64,000 nt of DNA, from the NCBI GenBank assembly GCA_000996205.1, contig LBYO01000005.1, positions 1,728-65,727 of the forward strand. The letters are read 5' to 3'. Position 1 is the stretch's first letter, and each line of letters begins with the position of its first letter. The position numbers and the translations under genes are program-made. The notes under the pieces were generated by a model. That model worked only from the letters and a program-made list of their open reading frames with translations. It had not been told where the DNA came from and made no database searches. Positions 48,354-57,379 of the stretch are shown here, in pieces. This stretch comes from Parcubacteria group bacterium GW2011_GWA1_40_21 (GTDB lineage: Bacteria > Patescibacteriota > Minisyncoccia > Phycocordibacterales > GWA1-40-21).

Positions 48354-48887
48354 TTAGGGAGAATAATAGGAAATATTATTTTCAATATTTCCTATTTTCT
48401 GATCAATAAACTCACGAGTGGCTTCATCCATTGAAAATAATGAGATGTGTTTGTATATAACCAAAGATTTCTCATAATTTCCAGTCTCATAATAGATATT
48501 GCCCAACAAGACGAGGAATCTAATGTAATTTACGGAATTCATATCTCGTATAGCCGACTGCAAACCTGAGAAAGCCATTTTTTCAGCAGTGAAAAATAAT
48601 TTAATTTCGTAAAAACAGTAAGTTAAATTTAAATGCGCCTCATCAGAATGCCACGAATGCAACGATTTGATATAACAAATTATGGCATTTTCATAATCAT
48701 GCTTGTTCTGCAAGATTTGTCCCATTTTAAATTCTTTTTCCGCTGTTAAAAATATACCCAAAGCCTCTTCGGTTGCGGATTTTATCGGATTGAATTTCGG
48801 AACTATGGCAAAAAGATTATGAGGAATAATAAGAAAAATCAAAACTATAAAAATAAGCCCACAAACAAAACTTTTTAAGTTTTTCAC
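48354..48887 (-). CDS. secreted TPR-like repeat protein
   Basis: signal peptide; repeats YENAIICYIKSLH / GNYEKSLVIYKH. Confidence 0.4.
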   Translation of the reverse strand: MKNLKSFVCGLIFIVLIFLIIPHNLFAIVPKFNPIKSATEEALGIFLTAEKEFKMGQILQNKHDYENAIICYIKSLHSWHSDEAHLNLTYCFYEIKLFFTAEKMAFSGLQSAIRDMNSVNYIRFLVLLGNIYYETGNYEKSLVIYKHISLFSMDEATREFIDQKIGNIENNISYYSP

Positions 48888-49063
48888 GGTCTCTATCCTT
48901 TATTAAAATGTCAAAAGATCTAAAATTTATTATTTGATGATAGGATATTTAATGCAAAATATCAATAGAGCGACCCAGATTCAAGTTCGCAGAGCAGGAA
49001 TTTCTCCCTCGCCTCTAAATTTTTTCAGTCAAAAAATTTAGGACTGGGCACAGGCTCGTAAAA

Positions 49064-49293
49064 TTTTCTGCTGAAAATTTTATACTCCGCCCTTCGAATC
49101 CTGCCCGTCCCGATGTTCATCGGGACTCTGGGCGGACAATTCCGCTTCGCTGCATTGTCCGCCCAGCAGTAATTTCTCGCCTACAGCGCGTGATTTTCTT
49201 GTTTCGCCGACTCAACATAGAAAATCCTTCGAATCCTGACGAGAGCCAAGCAGTTGGCTCTCTCTGAGCGGACAATTCCGCTTCGCTGCATTG
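49064..49293. repeat. tRNA-Lys-associated modular repeat region (two tandem units)
   Basis: two copies of gcggacaattccgcttcgctgcattgtccgcccagcag (38 bp; includes the tRNA 3' acceptor strand), two ccttcgaatcctg T-arm-like fragments, and a ttttctgctgaaaa hairpin. Confidence 0.7.
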
Positions 49294-49366
49294 TCCGCCC
49301 AGCAGGATTCGAACCTGCGACCAATCGCTTAAGAGGCGACTGCTCTACCAACTGAGCTATAGGCGG
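49294..49366 (-). tRNA. tRNA-Lys (anticodon CTT)
   Basis: manual fold of the minus strand: acceptor ccgccta/tgggcgg, D-arm gctcagttggtagagc, anticodon loop ctCTTaa, T-arm gcaggttcgaatcctgc; no encoded CCA. Confidence 0.8.
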
Positions 49367-49605
49367 ATTTTTATAAAAATAGGACTTGCGCATTTGGATG
49401 CAGTTCGAGGCGCGAGCTCGGCTTGCGACCAAGCTGTATTATTATACTGCGCGGGAGCAAACGAGCGAAGCAACGAAGAAATGCGCCGAACGCACAAGTC
49501 CTACAAAAATCTAGCAAATTTAGGACATAGTGGCAAATTTAAAACCCCACCTTTAAAACCCCACCGCTTTGAGTTTGCGATGGGGCTTTGTTCTTAAAAT
49601 ACGAT

Positions 49606-49959
49606 TTAAAAATTTAAGATCTCCTTAATTTTTTGCACGAATTTGAATTTGTCTGTCTTGTAATCGCATCCAGCAGACATTAATATGTCATTGAAATCTT
49701 CCACATTAGAGATAGCGATCATTGGGCGATCAGTGAAAGAATTTCTCATTTTTCGCGCTAGTTCCATTGTATTCGGTTCGTTACCGGGAACACAAGCGTC
49801 AACCGCAACCGCGCTTAAATCAGGATTATCATTAAAAGCCCTTTCCGCTTCTTCTAGAGAAAAAGCCTGAATTATATTAATGGGGTATTTATTTAACAAC
49901 TCCTTCCATTCTTCTTGTCTATCTGCGCTATCTTCTATTATTAAGATCTTTTTCCTCAT
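49606..49959 (-). CDS. single-domain response regulator (CheY-like receiver)
   Basis: KILIIEDS, phospho-acceptor region AVAVDACVPG, conserved K near the C-terminus. Confidence 0.65.
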   Translation of the reverse strand: MRKKILIIEDSADRQEEWKELLNKYPINIIQAFSLEEAERAFNDNPDLSAVAVDACVPGNEPNTMELARKMRNSFTDRPMIAISNVEDFNDILMSAGCDYKTDKFKFVQKIKEILNF

Positions 49960-49990
49960 AAAATCTCTCCTTCCGAATGAAAATTAAAGA

Positions 49991-50230
49991 TTAAACTTTT
50001 TTTTGAATTACCACATCTCCAGATTTTAATTTTTTGAATTGCAAGTTAAGTTTAATTTTTCCGTCTTGAGAAAGGGTGTTTCTGTTGTGTTGATGTTTAT
50101 CGAAATCCGGCTCATAAAATCCTTCAGATCCTCCTGTTTGGTCCAATAACCTTCCTACTTTTAATATTTTTTCGCAAATTAACATTTTAAGACCTCCCTT
50201 AGTAAATTTATATGGAAATGTAAAAAACAA
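49991..50230 (-). CDS. small hypothetical protein
   Basis: ORF only. Confidence 0.25.
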   Translation of the reverse strand: MFFTFPYKFTKGGLKMLICEKILKVGRLLDQTGGSEGFYEPDFDKHQHNRNTLSQDGKIKLNLQFKKLKSGDVVIQKKV

Positions 50231-50300
50231 ATTTTCTATTTAATTTATAGCATAAAATAATTTCTTTGCATATCCAAAAAATAAAAAGCAGAAAATTAGA

Positions 50301-50436
50301 TGGTGCCTGAGGTGGGAATCGGTCACAACTCTTTTACTGGAGCAAAAGGTCGCGACCCCGCCTCGCGCCGTCGCGCTCCGGCCTTCGATTCCCACTGACC
50401 AAATAAAAAACCTCATCAGAAATGAGATCTTTTATT
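50301..50436. repeat. tRNA-Leu-associated modular element (terminator, inverted T-arm copy, GC-rich core, hairpin, direct copy of the tRNA 3' 21 nt with CCA)
   Basis: read on the minus strand: ggtcagtgggaatcgaagg (inverted T-arm) + cggagcgcgacggcgcgaggcggggtcgcg + cttttgctccagtaaaag + gtgac + cgattcccacctcaggcacca. Confidence 0.75.
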
Positions 50437-50523
50437 TGGTGCCTGAGGTGGGAATCGAACCCACACGAGCTTTCGCCCATAACATTTTAAGTGTTACGTG
50501 TATACCAGTTTCACCACTCAGGC
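50437..50523 (-). tRNA. tRNA-Leu (anticodon TAA), class II with long variable arm, CCA encoded
   Basis: minus-strand fold: anticodon stem-loop taaca-cTTAAaa-tgtta, long variable arm gggcgaaagctcgtg, T-arm gggttcgattccc, terminal cacca. Confidence 0.8.
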
Positions 50524-51012
50524 TTTGTTTTTTAACATATTTCTTCCCCTATGTGTCGGTTTTAAACTATGGCAATTCGGACATAATATTCTTAAATTTT
50601 CCAATCTATTATCATGCCTATCGCCGTTTATGTGATCAAGTTCTAATGGAAGATACCCTTCTTTGTTTCTTGTGGACCAACCGCATTCTTCACAAAATTG
50701 TTTTTTTAAATTTTCACTAAATAATCTTTTTTTGAGCTTAAAACTTTGATAAGAAGAATCTTTCTTAAGAATAAACTCTAGAGGAGTAATTGGTTTGCCT
50801 ATGCCCCTCAAGCCCTTGTTCCAAGCTTTTCCTTTGAAATGAGAAATATTAAATTTATATTCTTTAATATATTTTTTAATTTGCTCATAATTTCCACCCG
50901 CCGCTACTAATCCTATCTTTTTTAAGACTTGTCTATAACTGGTTGAATCTTTAACAGCGACTTTTAATTGAGATATTTCCCACGATCTTTTCCTTCTGTT
51001 AATTTTCATCAA
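50518..51012 (-). CDS. stand-alone HNH endonuclease
   Basis: CEECGW ... LELDHINGDRHDNRLENLRILCPNCHS classic HNH/zinc-finger motif. Confidence 0.8.
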   Translation of the reverse strand: MMKINRRKRSWEISQLKVAVKDSTSYRQVLKKIGLVAAGGNYEQIKKYIKEYKFNISHFKGKAWNKGLRGIGKPITPLEFILKKDSSYQSFKLKKRLFSENLKKQFCEECGWSTRNKEGYLPLELDHINGDRHDNRLENLRILCPNCHSLKPTHRGRNMLKNKA

Positions 51013-51079
51013 TAAATGATATCAAATGGTAAACGGAAATCAACTCATTATAGTAAAAGCGTATTCCATTTAGATTAGA

Positions 51080-51150
51080 GGCCGCGGTCGGAATTGAACC
51101 GGCGCATAGGAGTTTTGCAGACTCCTGCCTTACCACTTGGCTACGCGGCC
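51080..51150 (-). tRNA. tRNA-Cys (anticodon GCA)
   Basis: minus-strand fold: ggccgcg acceptor, anticodon stem-loop ggagt-ctGCAaa-actcc, T-arm ccggttcaattccgg. Confidence 0.8.
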
Positions 51151-51250
51151 TTGAATTTTCAAAAAGCTGTATTCTTCTGGAATCTGGATTCTCGCCGGAG
51201 TTTACCCTCGTGAAGACGGGGGCGGAAATGACAGAAAATTTCAGATCAAT

Positions 51251-51574
51251 TTAATTATTTTCTAGAATTGCGTCAATTTTCTGTCGGTGTTTCTCGCCGG
51301 CGTCTATTTCAAAATCAAAAAATGGAATTCTTCCGGCTCTGATGTTTTTCTTGGCGAAATCCCTGAATTCAGCCCTCTTGCGCTTGGCGAAATCCAAAGC
51401 GGCTTTTTCCTTATCACTCGGATAGACCGTAAAAAATATAGTAGCATATTTTCCGTCTTTTGAAATCCGCACATCTGTCACAGTCACCATTGATACTCTG
51501 TTTGATTCAATGTTCAGAAATTTAGCCGCAACTTCTCTGATCATATCTTTAAGTTTTACGTCTCTATTTTTCAT
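51251..51574 (-). CDS. rbfA: ribosome-binding factor A
   Basis: RVSMVTVTDVRISKD..YATIFFTV matches the RbfA KH-like fold; start trimmed to MKNRDV so as not to overlap infB. Confidence 0.75.
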   Translation of the reverse strand: MKNRDVKLKDMIREVAAKFLNIESNRVSMVTVTDVRISKDGKYATIFFTVYPSDKEKAALDFAKRKRAEFRDFAKKNIRAGRIPFFDFEIDAGEKHRQKIDAILENN

Positions 51575-51575
51575 C

Positions 51576-53090
51576 TCACTTTTCCACAATTTTATAAGAC
51601 TCAATCTTGTCTCCCGGCGCTATCTCAATCGTCGCTTGGATCTGGCAACCAAATTCCATTCCTTCTTTAATTTCCGACACTTTCTTTTTTTGATGCTGTA
51701 ATTCTTTTATTTTGCCTCTTCCAACTTCTTGCTCTCTTCTCAGGATTTTAGCATCCTCGCCCAAGGAAATTAGTCCGGACTCAACTTTTCCTCCGACCAC
51801 ATATTTGTCTTTCGCTTTACTGAAGACGCGAATTATTTTCGCCACTCCAGATGTCTCTTCGGTCTCAAACTTCGGCGTGCTTTCGCGGGCTTTCGTTTCA
51901 ATCCATTCCGACAATTTGTAGATGACATCAAAGACTTTTATCTCCACGCCAAGCCTCTCGGCATAGCTTCGGGCTTTGGAATCAATAGCGGTATCAAATC
52001 CTAAAATTACTGTGCCTTCTTTGGCGTTCGCGGTTTTAACATCGTTCTCGGAAATGCCACCGATGCCGGAATGCACGATTTTTATTTTCACTCTGTCATT
52101 TTTTATTTTTCCTATCTCATGTTCTATAGCTTCAATTGATCCCATCGTCTCGGCTTTTAAAATAATATAGATAGAGAAAATATTTTCGTTTTCTTTATCA
52201 TTCGGGACTTTTTTCTTTGCGGGAATATTTTCTCTAAAAGTGGCGAGATGGCTTTCGGCCTCTTTTTTTGTTTCAAATGATTTGAACATTAAACCAACAG
52301 CAGGCAAGTCGCTAAAACCGACCACTTTAATCGGGCTTGAAAAACTAGCTTCCTTTATCTTCTTTCCGGTGAAATCTTCAATCAGTCTGGTGGAAGCGAT
52401 GCTTCCGCCGCTAGCGACAAACATTCCCGTCTTTAGTGTCCCGTCTTTTATTATGAGGGTGCCGGAAATCCCTTGGTGGCTGTCCAGATTAGCTTCAATG
52501 ACTACTCCCTCCGCGTTTTTATTCGTGTCGCCTTTCAGTTCTCCTATTTCGGCGACCAGAAGCATCATATCCAAAAGTTCCGATACTCCTTCGCCTGTTT
52601 TGGCGGAAATCGGAACCCATGGCACCGCGCCTCCGTATCCTTCAATATAAATTTCATTTTCCGCCAAATTTTGTTTCGTCTTTTCAACATCGGCTCCGGG
52701 CTTGTCTATTTTGTTTATCGCCACTATGTAGGGAATACCGCTGTCCTTTATGCACTTGAGAGCTTCAATGGTTTGCTTTTTAACGCCGTCTTCGGCGGAC
52801 ACGACAAGGACGGCTATATCAGCGACATCAACTCCGCGCTCTCTAATCGCGCAAAAAGCTTCATGTCCGGGCGTATCCAAAAAGGTTATTTTGTTCTCTT
52901 TGCCGGCTTTGCTTTTGTGAACAACTTCGTAGGCGGAGATTCTTTGAGTTATCCCGCCAGCCTCCTTTTCGGCGACCGTCGTCTTTCTAATGTAGTCAAG
53001 CAGGGTAGATTTTCCATGGTCAATATGCCCCATTATGCAAATAACGGGAGGACGCTCTATGATATTCGGTTGTTTATTGTCCGTTTTCAT
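51576..53090 (-). CDS. infB: translation initiation factor IF-2, short form (G domain to C-terminus, no N-terminal extension)
   Basis: RPPVICIMGHIDHGKSTLLD, DTPGHEAF, NKIDK; 504 aa. Confidence 0.9.
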   Translation of the reverse strand: MKTDNKQPNIIERPPVICIMGHIDHGKSTLLDYIRKTTVAEKEAGGITQRISAYEVVHKSKAGKENKITFLDTPGHEAFCAIRERGVDVADIAVLVVSAEDGVKKQTIEALKCIKDSGIPYIVAINKIDKPGADVEKTKQNLAENEIYIEGYGGAVPWVPISAKTGEGVSELLDMMLLVAEIGELKGDTNKNAEGVVIEANLDSHQGISGTLIIKDGTLKTGMFVASGGSIASTRLIEDFTGKKIKEASFSSPIKVVGFSDLPAVGLMFKSFETKKEAESHLATFRENIPAKKKVPNDKENENIFSIYIILKAETMGSIEAIEHEIGKIKNDRVKIKIVHSGIGGISENDVKTANAKEGTVILGFDTAIDSKARSYAERLGVEIKVFDVIYKLSEWIETKARESTPKFETEETSGVAKIIRVFSKAKDKYVVGGKVESGLISLGEDAKILRREQEVGRGKIKELQHQKKKVSEIKEGMEFGCQIQATIEIAPGDKIESYKIVEK

Positions 53091-53186
53091 TTTTTAGCTT
53101 GTTAGGCAATAGGAAGATGTCGGAAGATTTTAGGTTTTTCAGAGAATTTTCCTACAACCTACCACCTTGCCTGCTATTCGCGCTTT

Positions 53187-53654
53187 TTACGCCTGCGCCG
53201 AGTCTTTAGCTTTGTTTAGAGATTCCTTTTCCTCTTTCGTCATCTCGTATTCCGACGACAATTTTTTTATCGGCTTGGCGAAGACGCTGACACGATCCCT
53301 TGAATACAGACTTGAGATTACAACACCGTCGCCTTCTTCGTTTACAAAAGCCGTGGAGAAACTTTGATCGCCTCCCGAACCGTCTCCTTTAAAAGGGTTG
53401 AAGCGGATCGTTTCCACCCCTGTGACGCTTTTCCTGATTCTCCTTTCCACGCTTTCAAGATATTTTTCCGAAGCGTCTCTGTATTTCGTAATCGCTGACA
53501 ATTCTTTCCTTATCTCGGAAATAGTACTGTCCAGCGATTGATTTTTCCCGCCAAGAAGTCGGCGCAATTTAATTTCAAACCTGATAAGCCACAGAATGGC
53601 TAACACAAGCAATGCAGATAAGGCGTATAAAATATATATTTCAGGGATCATCAT
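53187..53654 (-). CDS. DUF4446-like membrane-anchored protein
   Basis: N-terminal TM, coiled region, then RFNPFKGDGSGGDQSF...GDGVVISSLYSRDRVSVFAKPI. Confidence 0.45.
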   Translation of the reverse strand: MMIPEIYILYALSALLVLAILWLIRFEIKLRRLLGGKNQSLDSTISEIRKELSAITKYRDASEKYLESVERRIRKSVTGVETIRFNPFKGDGSGGDQSFSTAFVNEEGDGVVISSLYSRDRVSVFAKPIKKLSSEYEMTKEEKESLNKAKDSAQA

Positions 53655-53960
53655 ATAACAAAGAATTCTACATTGTTTTTAGATATTACGCAATCGCAAT
53701 TAAGTTCATCAAGTCCTTAAAGTCATAAAGTCTATAAAGTTAGAGAAGAGAAAAGAAGTTGTCTTTTTTTCGACGAAGAAAAAGAAAAGGGGGGACGATA
53801 AATCCTGTTGCTTTTCGGTTTTATTTGTTATACTTTATTTGAATTTAATTCATTTCATTCCGGCGATGTCAAAATAAAAATACGGATGGTATATGTCGGA
53901 GTTTAATTTTGACAGAACTATGGATGAAAACACAGTTTATAAATTTAATAAATATTTTTT

Positions 53961-54119
53961 ATGAGATACGCATGGGTAAGTTTTGCAATTGTCGTCTTAT
54001 GGATATCGTCCACTATAATTATAGTGTCGGACAAATTAGTTAATCCAAATAATTTTTATATATTTATCGTGCTGACTACCGTGGTTGTTTCCTATATAGG
54101 TTTTAAGTCAGCCTCTTAA
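53961..54119 (+). CDS. small two-TM membrane protein (52 aa), paralogue of 55722..55886
   Basis: own translation MRYAWVSFAIVVLWISSTIIIVSDKLVNPNNFYIFIVLTTVVVSYIGFKSAS. Confidence 0.35.
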   Translation: MRYAWVSFAIVVLWISSTIIIVSDKLVNPNNFYIFIVLTTVVVSYIGFKSAS

Positions 54120-54145
54120 TTAGGTTAAATCATGCCTTTTTTAAA

Positions 54146-55705
54146 ATGACTCTATTTTTAGAAAGACTGTTTTATATTTTGAAGATAGCCATTAGGGCTT
54201 TGTCTAAGCCTGATTTAACTAAACCCCAACGTTTGAAATTGTTTTTTGAAGAGTCGGGAGGAGCTTTTATAAAACTTGGTCAAATATTGGCGCTGCGTCG
54301 AGACTTTCTGCCTGCGGAATATACCCTTGAGCTTCTTAAGCTGTTGAATGATATGCCTGCCGTGCCTTTTTCCGAAGTGAATAAAATTTTTACTGAAGAC
54401 ATCGGCGAGCCCGTAGAAAAGTTTTTCGCGTCATTTGACAGTGAGCCTATAGGCTCGGCTTCAGTGGCACAGGTCTATAAAGCCGTTCTTAAAAATGGCG
54501 AGGAAGTAGCGGTGAAGATCCTGCGTCCCGGCACTGAAAAAGTTTTCAAGGTTGATTTTTTAATCATATCTTTTTTCGCTTCGGCAATTGACTTGCTGAA
54601 TTTGACTTCTTTTCTGAGCGTTAGAGAAGTTGCAACTGATTTTATAAGATGGACAAAAAGAGAACTTGACTTCAGACATGAATCTAACAATGCCGTTGCC
54701 TTTTTAAAATATAGCAAAGGCGCGCCGGGAACGATAATACCTAAACAACACCAAGAATACACCTCGTCTAGAGTTTTGATTCAAGAGCTTATTTTAGGCG
54801 GGGTTTCAGTTTTGGATATAATTTTAGGCAAGTACAGCCGAGAACAGCTTATTGAAAAGAGAATTAATCCCGATAAGATGGCGCTGTATCTGATAAAAGA
54901 TGCTATGAGACAATATTTCATTGACGGATTTTTCCATGCCGACGCGCATCCGGCTAATTTGGCTTTTCTTCCGGGCGATGAAAATTCTCCTGAAGGAAAG
55001 ATTGCTTATTTTGATTTCGGCATAGTGGGGGAAGCAGAAAAAGAAAGCAGAATGACGCTCTTGAAATTTGTTTATGCTGTCTCGGCTAAAGACATTGAAC
55101 TAATAGCGAAATATTTGCTTGAATACGGTCGAAAAAATTTCAAAAAAGAGCTTCTTTATTCTTTTGAAGTTGAACCGGTAAAACAAAAAATCGTTAATGA
55201 TATTATTGGAATAATAGAGAAAGACATAGTTTCTCATTTTAAAACAGAGGTCCAAGAAATCATGGGGTCGTGGTTTGTCGACGAAAAAGACATCCAAGCA
55301 GATCTGAAAAAAAGATCTTCCGCTTTAGTTTTCATGAATTTAGTCAGAAAAGCTGAAAAATACGGAGTTCATTTTCCGTTGGATATAATTCTGTTTTTTA
55401 GGGGACTAGTCATTATTGACATGGTGGCTTTGCAAATATCTCCCCAGTTTGACATAATCAAAGCAATGGAATCTTTCTTTGAAAAGCATTCTATTGAAGA
55501 AATTGAAATAAAGGTAAGAAGTCAGGCCAATTGGAAAGAAATAGACAAAAAAATAATATCTCTCAACGATGACTGGGAATCGTCTGGAGAACGACTGATA
55601 ATGCAGAAAGAAAAGGTTGCAATAATGAGAGAGAGAATACTAGAAATAGTTTTTTATTACGCAGAGAGGCATCCTGAAATAAAGAATTTAATTAAACAAT
55701 TATAA
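54146..55705 (+). CDS. ABC1/UbiB-family atypical kinase
   Basis: LGQILALRRDFLP, SASVAQVYKA...VAVKILRPG, HADAHPANL, DFG motifs. Confidence 0.85.
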   Translation: MTLFLERLFYILKIAIRALSKPDLTKPQRLKLFFEESGGAFIKLGQILALRRDFLPAEYTLELLKLLNDMPAVPFSEVNKIFTEDIGEPVEKFFASFDSEPIGSASVAQVYKAVLKNGEEVAVKILRPGTEKVFKVDFLIISFFASAIDLLNLTSFLSVREVATDFIRWTKRELDFRHESNNAVAFLKYSKGAPGTIIPKQHQEYTSSRVLIQELILGGVSVLDIILGKYSREQLIEKRINPDKMALYLIKDAMRQYFIDGFFHADAHPANLAFLPGDENSPEGKIAYFDFGIVGEAEKESRMTLLKFVYAVSAKDIELIAKYLLEYGRKNFKKELLYSFEVEPVKQKIVNDIIGIIEKDIVSHFKTEVQEIMGSWFVDEKDIQADLKKRSSALVFMNLVRKAEKYGVHFPLDIILFFRGLVIIDMVALQISPQFDIIKAMESFFEKHSIEEIEIKVRSQANWKEIDKKIISLNDDWESSGERLIMQKEKVAIMRERILEIVFYYAERHPEIKNLIKQL

Positions 55706-55721
55706 TTTAACATATAAAAAT

Positions 55722-55886
55722 ATGAAATATCCTTGGGTGGGAATAACTTTGGGAACGATGTGGTTTGGTTCTGCTTATATAATAATAAGCAATTCAAAGA
55801 TTGATTCATCGACGGCTCTTTTTACGGCTATAATAGGCACAATTGTCGTAGCTTTTATCGGATTCCGCGCACCGAAGATAAAGTAA
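55722..55886 (+). CDS. small two-TM membrane protein (54 aa), paralogue of 53961..54119
   Basis: own translation MKYPWVGITLGTMWFGSAYIIISNSKIDSSTALFTAIIGTIVVAFIGFRAPKIK. Confidence 0.35.
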   Translation: MKYPWVGITLGTMWFGSAYIIISNSKIDSSTALFTAIIGTIVVAFIGFRAPKIK

Positions 55887-55997
55887 TCAAAAAAATTAAG
55901 TTAAAAAATGGGTCAAGTGTTTTCCCTTCTTTGATTTTTGACACAGAATGTCTAAAATAAATTGTCTTTTTGAGGACTTAACCGTTAGAATAATAAG

Positions 55998-57293
55998 ATG
56001 AGGAAAATTTACCCTAACACCTTGTCTGGGACGCCCCGTGTCCTTGGCTCAAAGTCGCTTCTTTCTCCCTTGCCCTTACGCAGAAAGCTTTTATCTAGAG
56101 GACAGGGTGTGAGGGTTTACTTAGACAATGCTTCAACGACGCCGATAAACAGGGAAGTCAAAAGGGTGATGGATAAATATATGACGGATGAATTTGGCAA
56201 TCCTAATTCAATTCATAAGATGGGTGTGGCGGCGAAAAATGCGGTTGATAACGCGCGCAAGAGCGTCGCCCTGTCTTTCAATTCTCATCCGGATGAAGTG
56301 ATTTTTAATTCCGGCGGGACGGAAGGAAACAATGCGGCGATTTTCGGCGTGTTCAATCATCTGAGAAAAAACGGCGTGAAGTATTCCGATATGCGCGCTA
56401 TTACCACCAACATTGAGCATAGCTCCGTCTTGGAATGTTTTAAGGAGCTTGAGAATAGAGGGGTGGCGGTTGATTACGCGCTGGTGGGTGAAAATGGAAT
56501 TGTTGACCCGATTACGATAAAAAAATTGCTCAAACCTGAAACCGTCTTAGTTTCAATAATGTATGCCAACAACGAAATCGGAACAATTCAACCGATAAAA
56601 GAAATCGCCAAAGCCATCCGAACTTTCAAAAAAAACCTATCACCCCGCCTCATCGGCGGGCAAGCTACAACCTTTCCCTTCTTTCACACCGATGCTTGCC
56701 AAGCTCCGCTTTTTCTAAATCTCAATGTTCAAGAGTTGGGAGTTGATTTTATGACGATTGATGGACAGAAAATTTACGGACCAAAAGGCGCCGGCGCGCT
56801 ATTCATAAAAAGAGGAGTGGAGATAGAGCCGATAATTTTCGGTGGCGGACAAGAAAAAGGATTAAGGTCGGGAACGGAAAATGTTCCGCTTATAGCGGGA
56901 TTAGCCAAAGCGATTGAAATCGCGAACAAGAACAGAATCAAGAACAGCGAACAAATTTCTAAAATTAGAGATTACGGCATAAAAAAGATAGAAGAAAAAA
57001 TTCCGCGGGCGGTATTGAACGGCGATAGGATTAAAAGATTGCCGAATAATATAAATACCTCTATTCCCGGAATTGATCCTGAATTCATGGTGCTTCAACT
57101 GGATGAAAAGGGAATCGTCTGTTCAACAAAAAGCGCCTGTCTAAAAGATGAATCCGCCTCTTATGTGATATCGGCGCTTGGAAAAGATGGAAAATATTCG
57201 CAATCATCGCTTAGATTTTCTCTTGGATTGGACACGGCGAAAAAAGATATGGACTATCTTGTGAAAATTCTAATTAAGTCCGTCAAGTTATAA
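55998..57293 (+). CDS. iscS: cysteine desulfurase (IscS/NifS class V aminotransferase)
   Basis: YLDNASTTP, SGGTEGNN, PLP-lysine region FMTIDGQKIYGPKGAGALF, active-site Cys loop STKSAC. Confidence 0.85.
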   Translation: MRKIYPNTLSGTPRVLGSKSLLSPLPLRRKLLSRGQGVRVYLDNASTTPINREVKRVMDKYMTDEFGNPNSIHKMGVAAKNAVDNARKSVALSFNSHPDEVIFNSGGTEGNNAAIFGVFNHLRKNGVKYSDMRAITTNIEHSSVLECFKELENRGVAVDYALVGENGIVDPITIKKLLKPETVLVSIMYANNEIGTIQPIKEIAKAIRTFKKNLSPRLIGGQATTFPFFHTDACQAPLFLNLNVQELGVDFMTIDGQKIYGPKGAGALFIKRGVEIEPIIFGGGQEKGLRSGTENVPLIAGLAKAIEIANKNRIKNSEQISKIRDYGIKKIEEKIPRAVLNGDRIKRLPNNINTSIPGIDPEFMVLQLDEKGIVCSTKSACLKDESASYVISALGKDGKYSQSSLRFSLGLDTAKKDMDYLVKILIKSVKL

Positions 57294-57379
57294 AGTTTGC
57301 AAAGTTCATAAAATGAAGATGAGAAATAATTAAGAATAAGTTCGTTTTCAACTTTACAGACTTTATAACTTTCAACTTT

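Noticed and set aside
49085-49312. Plus-strand tRNA-like gene suggested by 'ccttcgaatcctg' T-loop-like fragments
   Set aside because: The fragments lack a pairing T-stem, and lack D-arm and anticodon arm partners. They are interpreted as inverted T-arm pieces of the adjacent minus-strand tRNA-Lys element.
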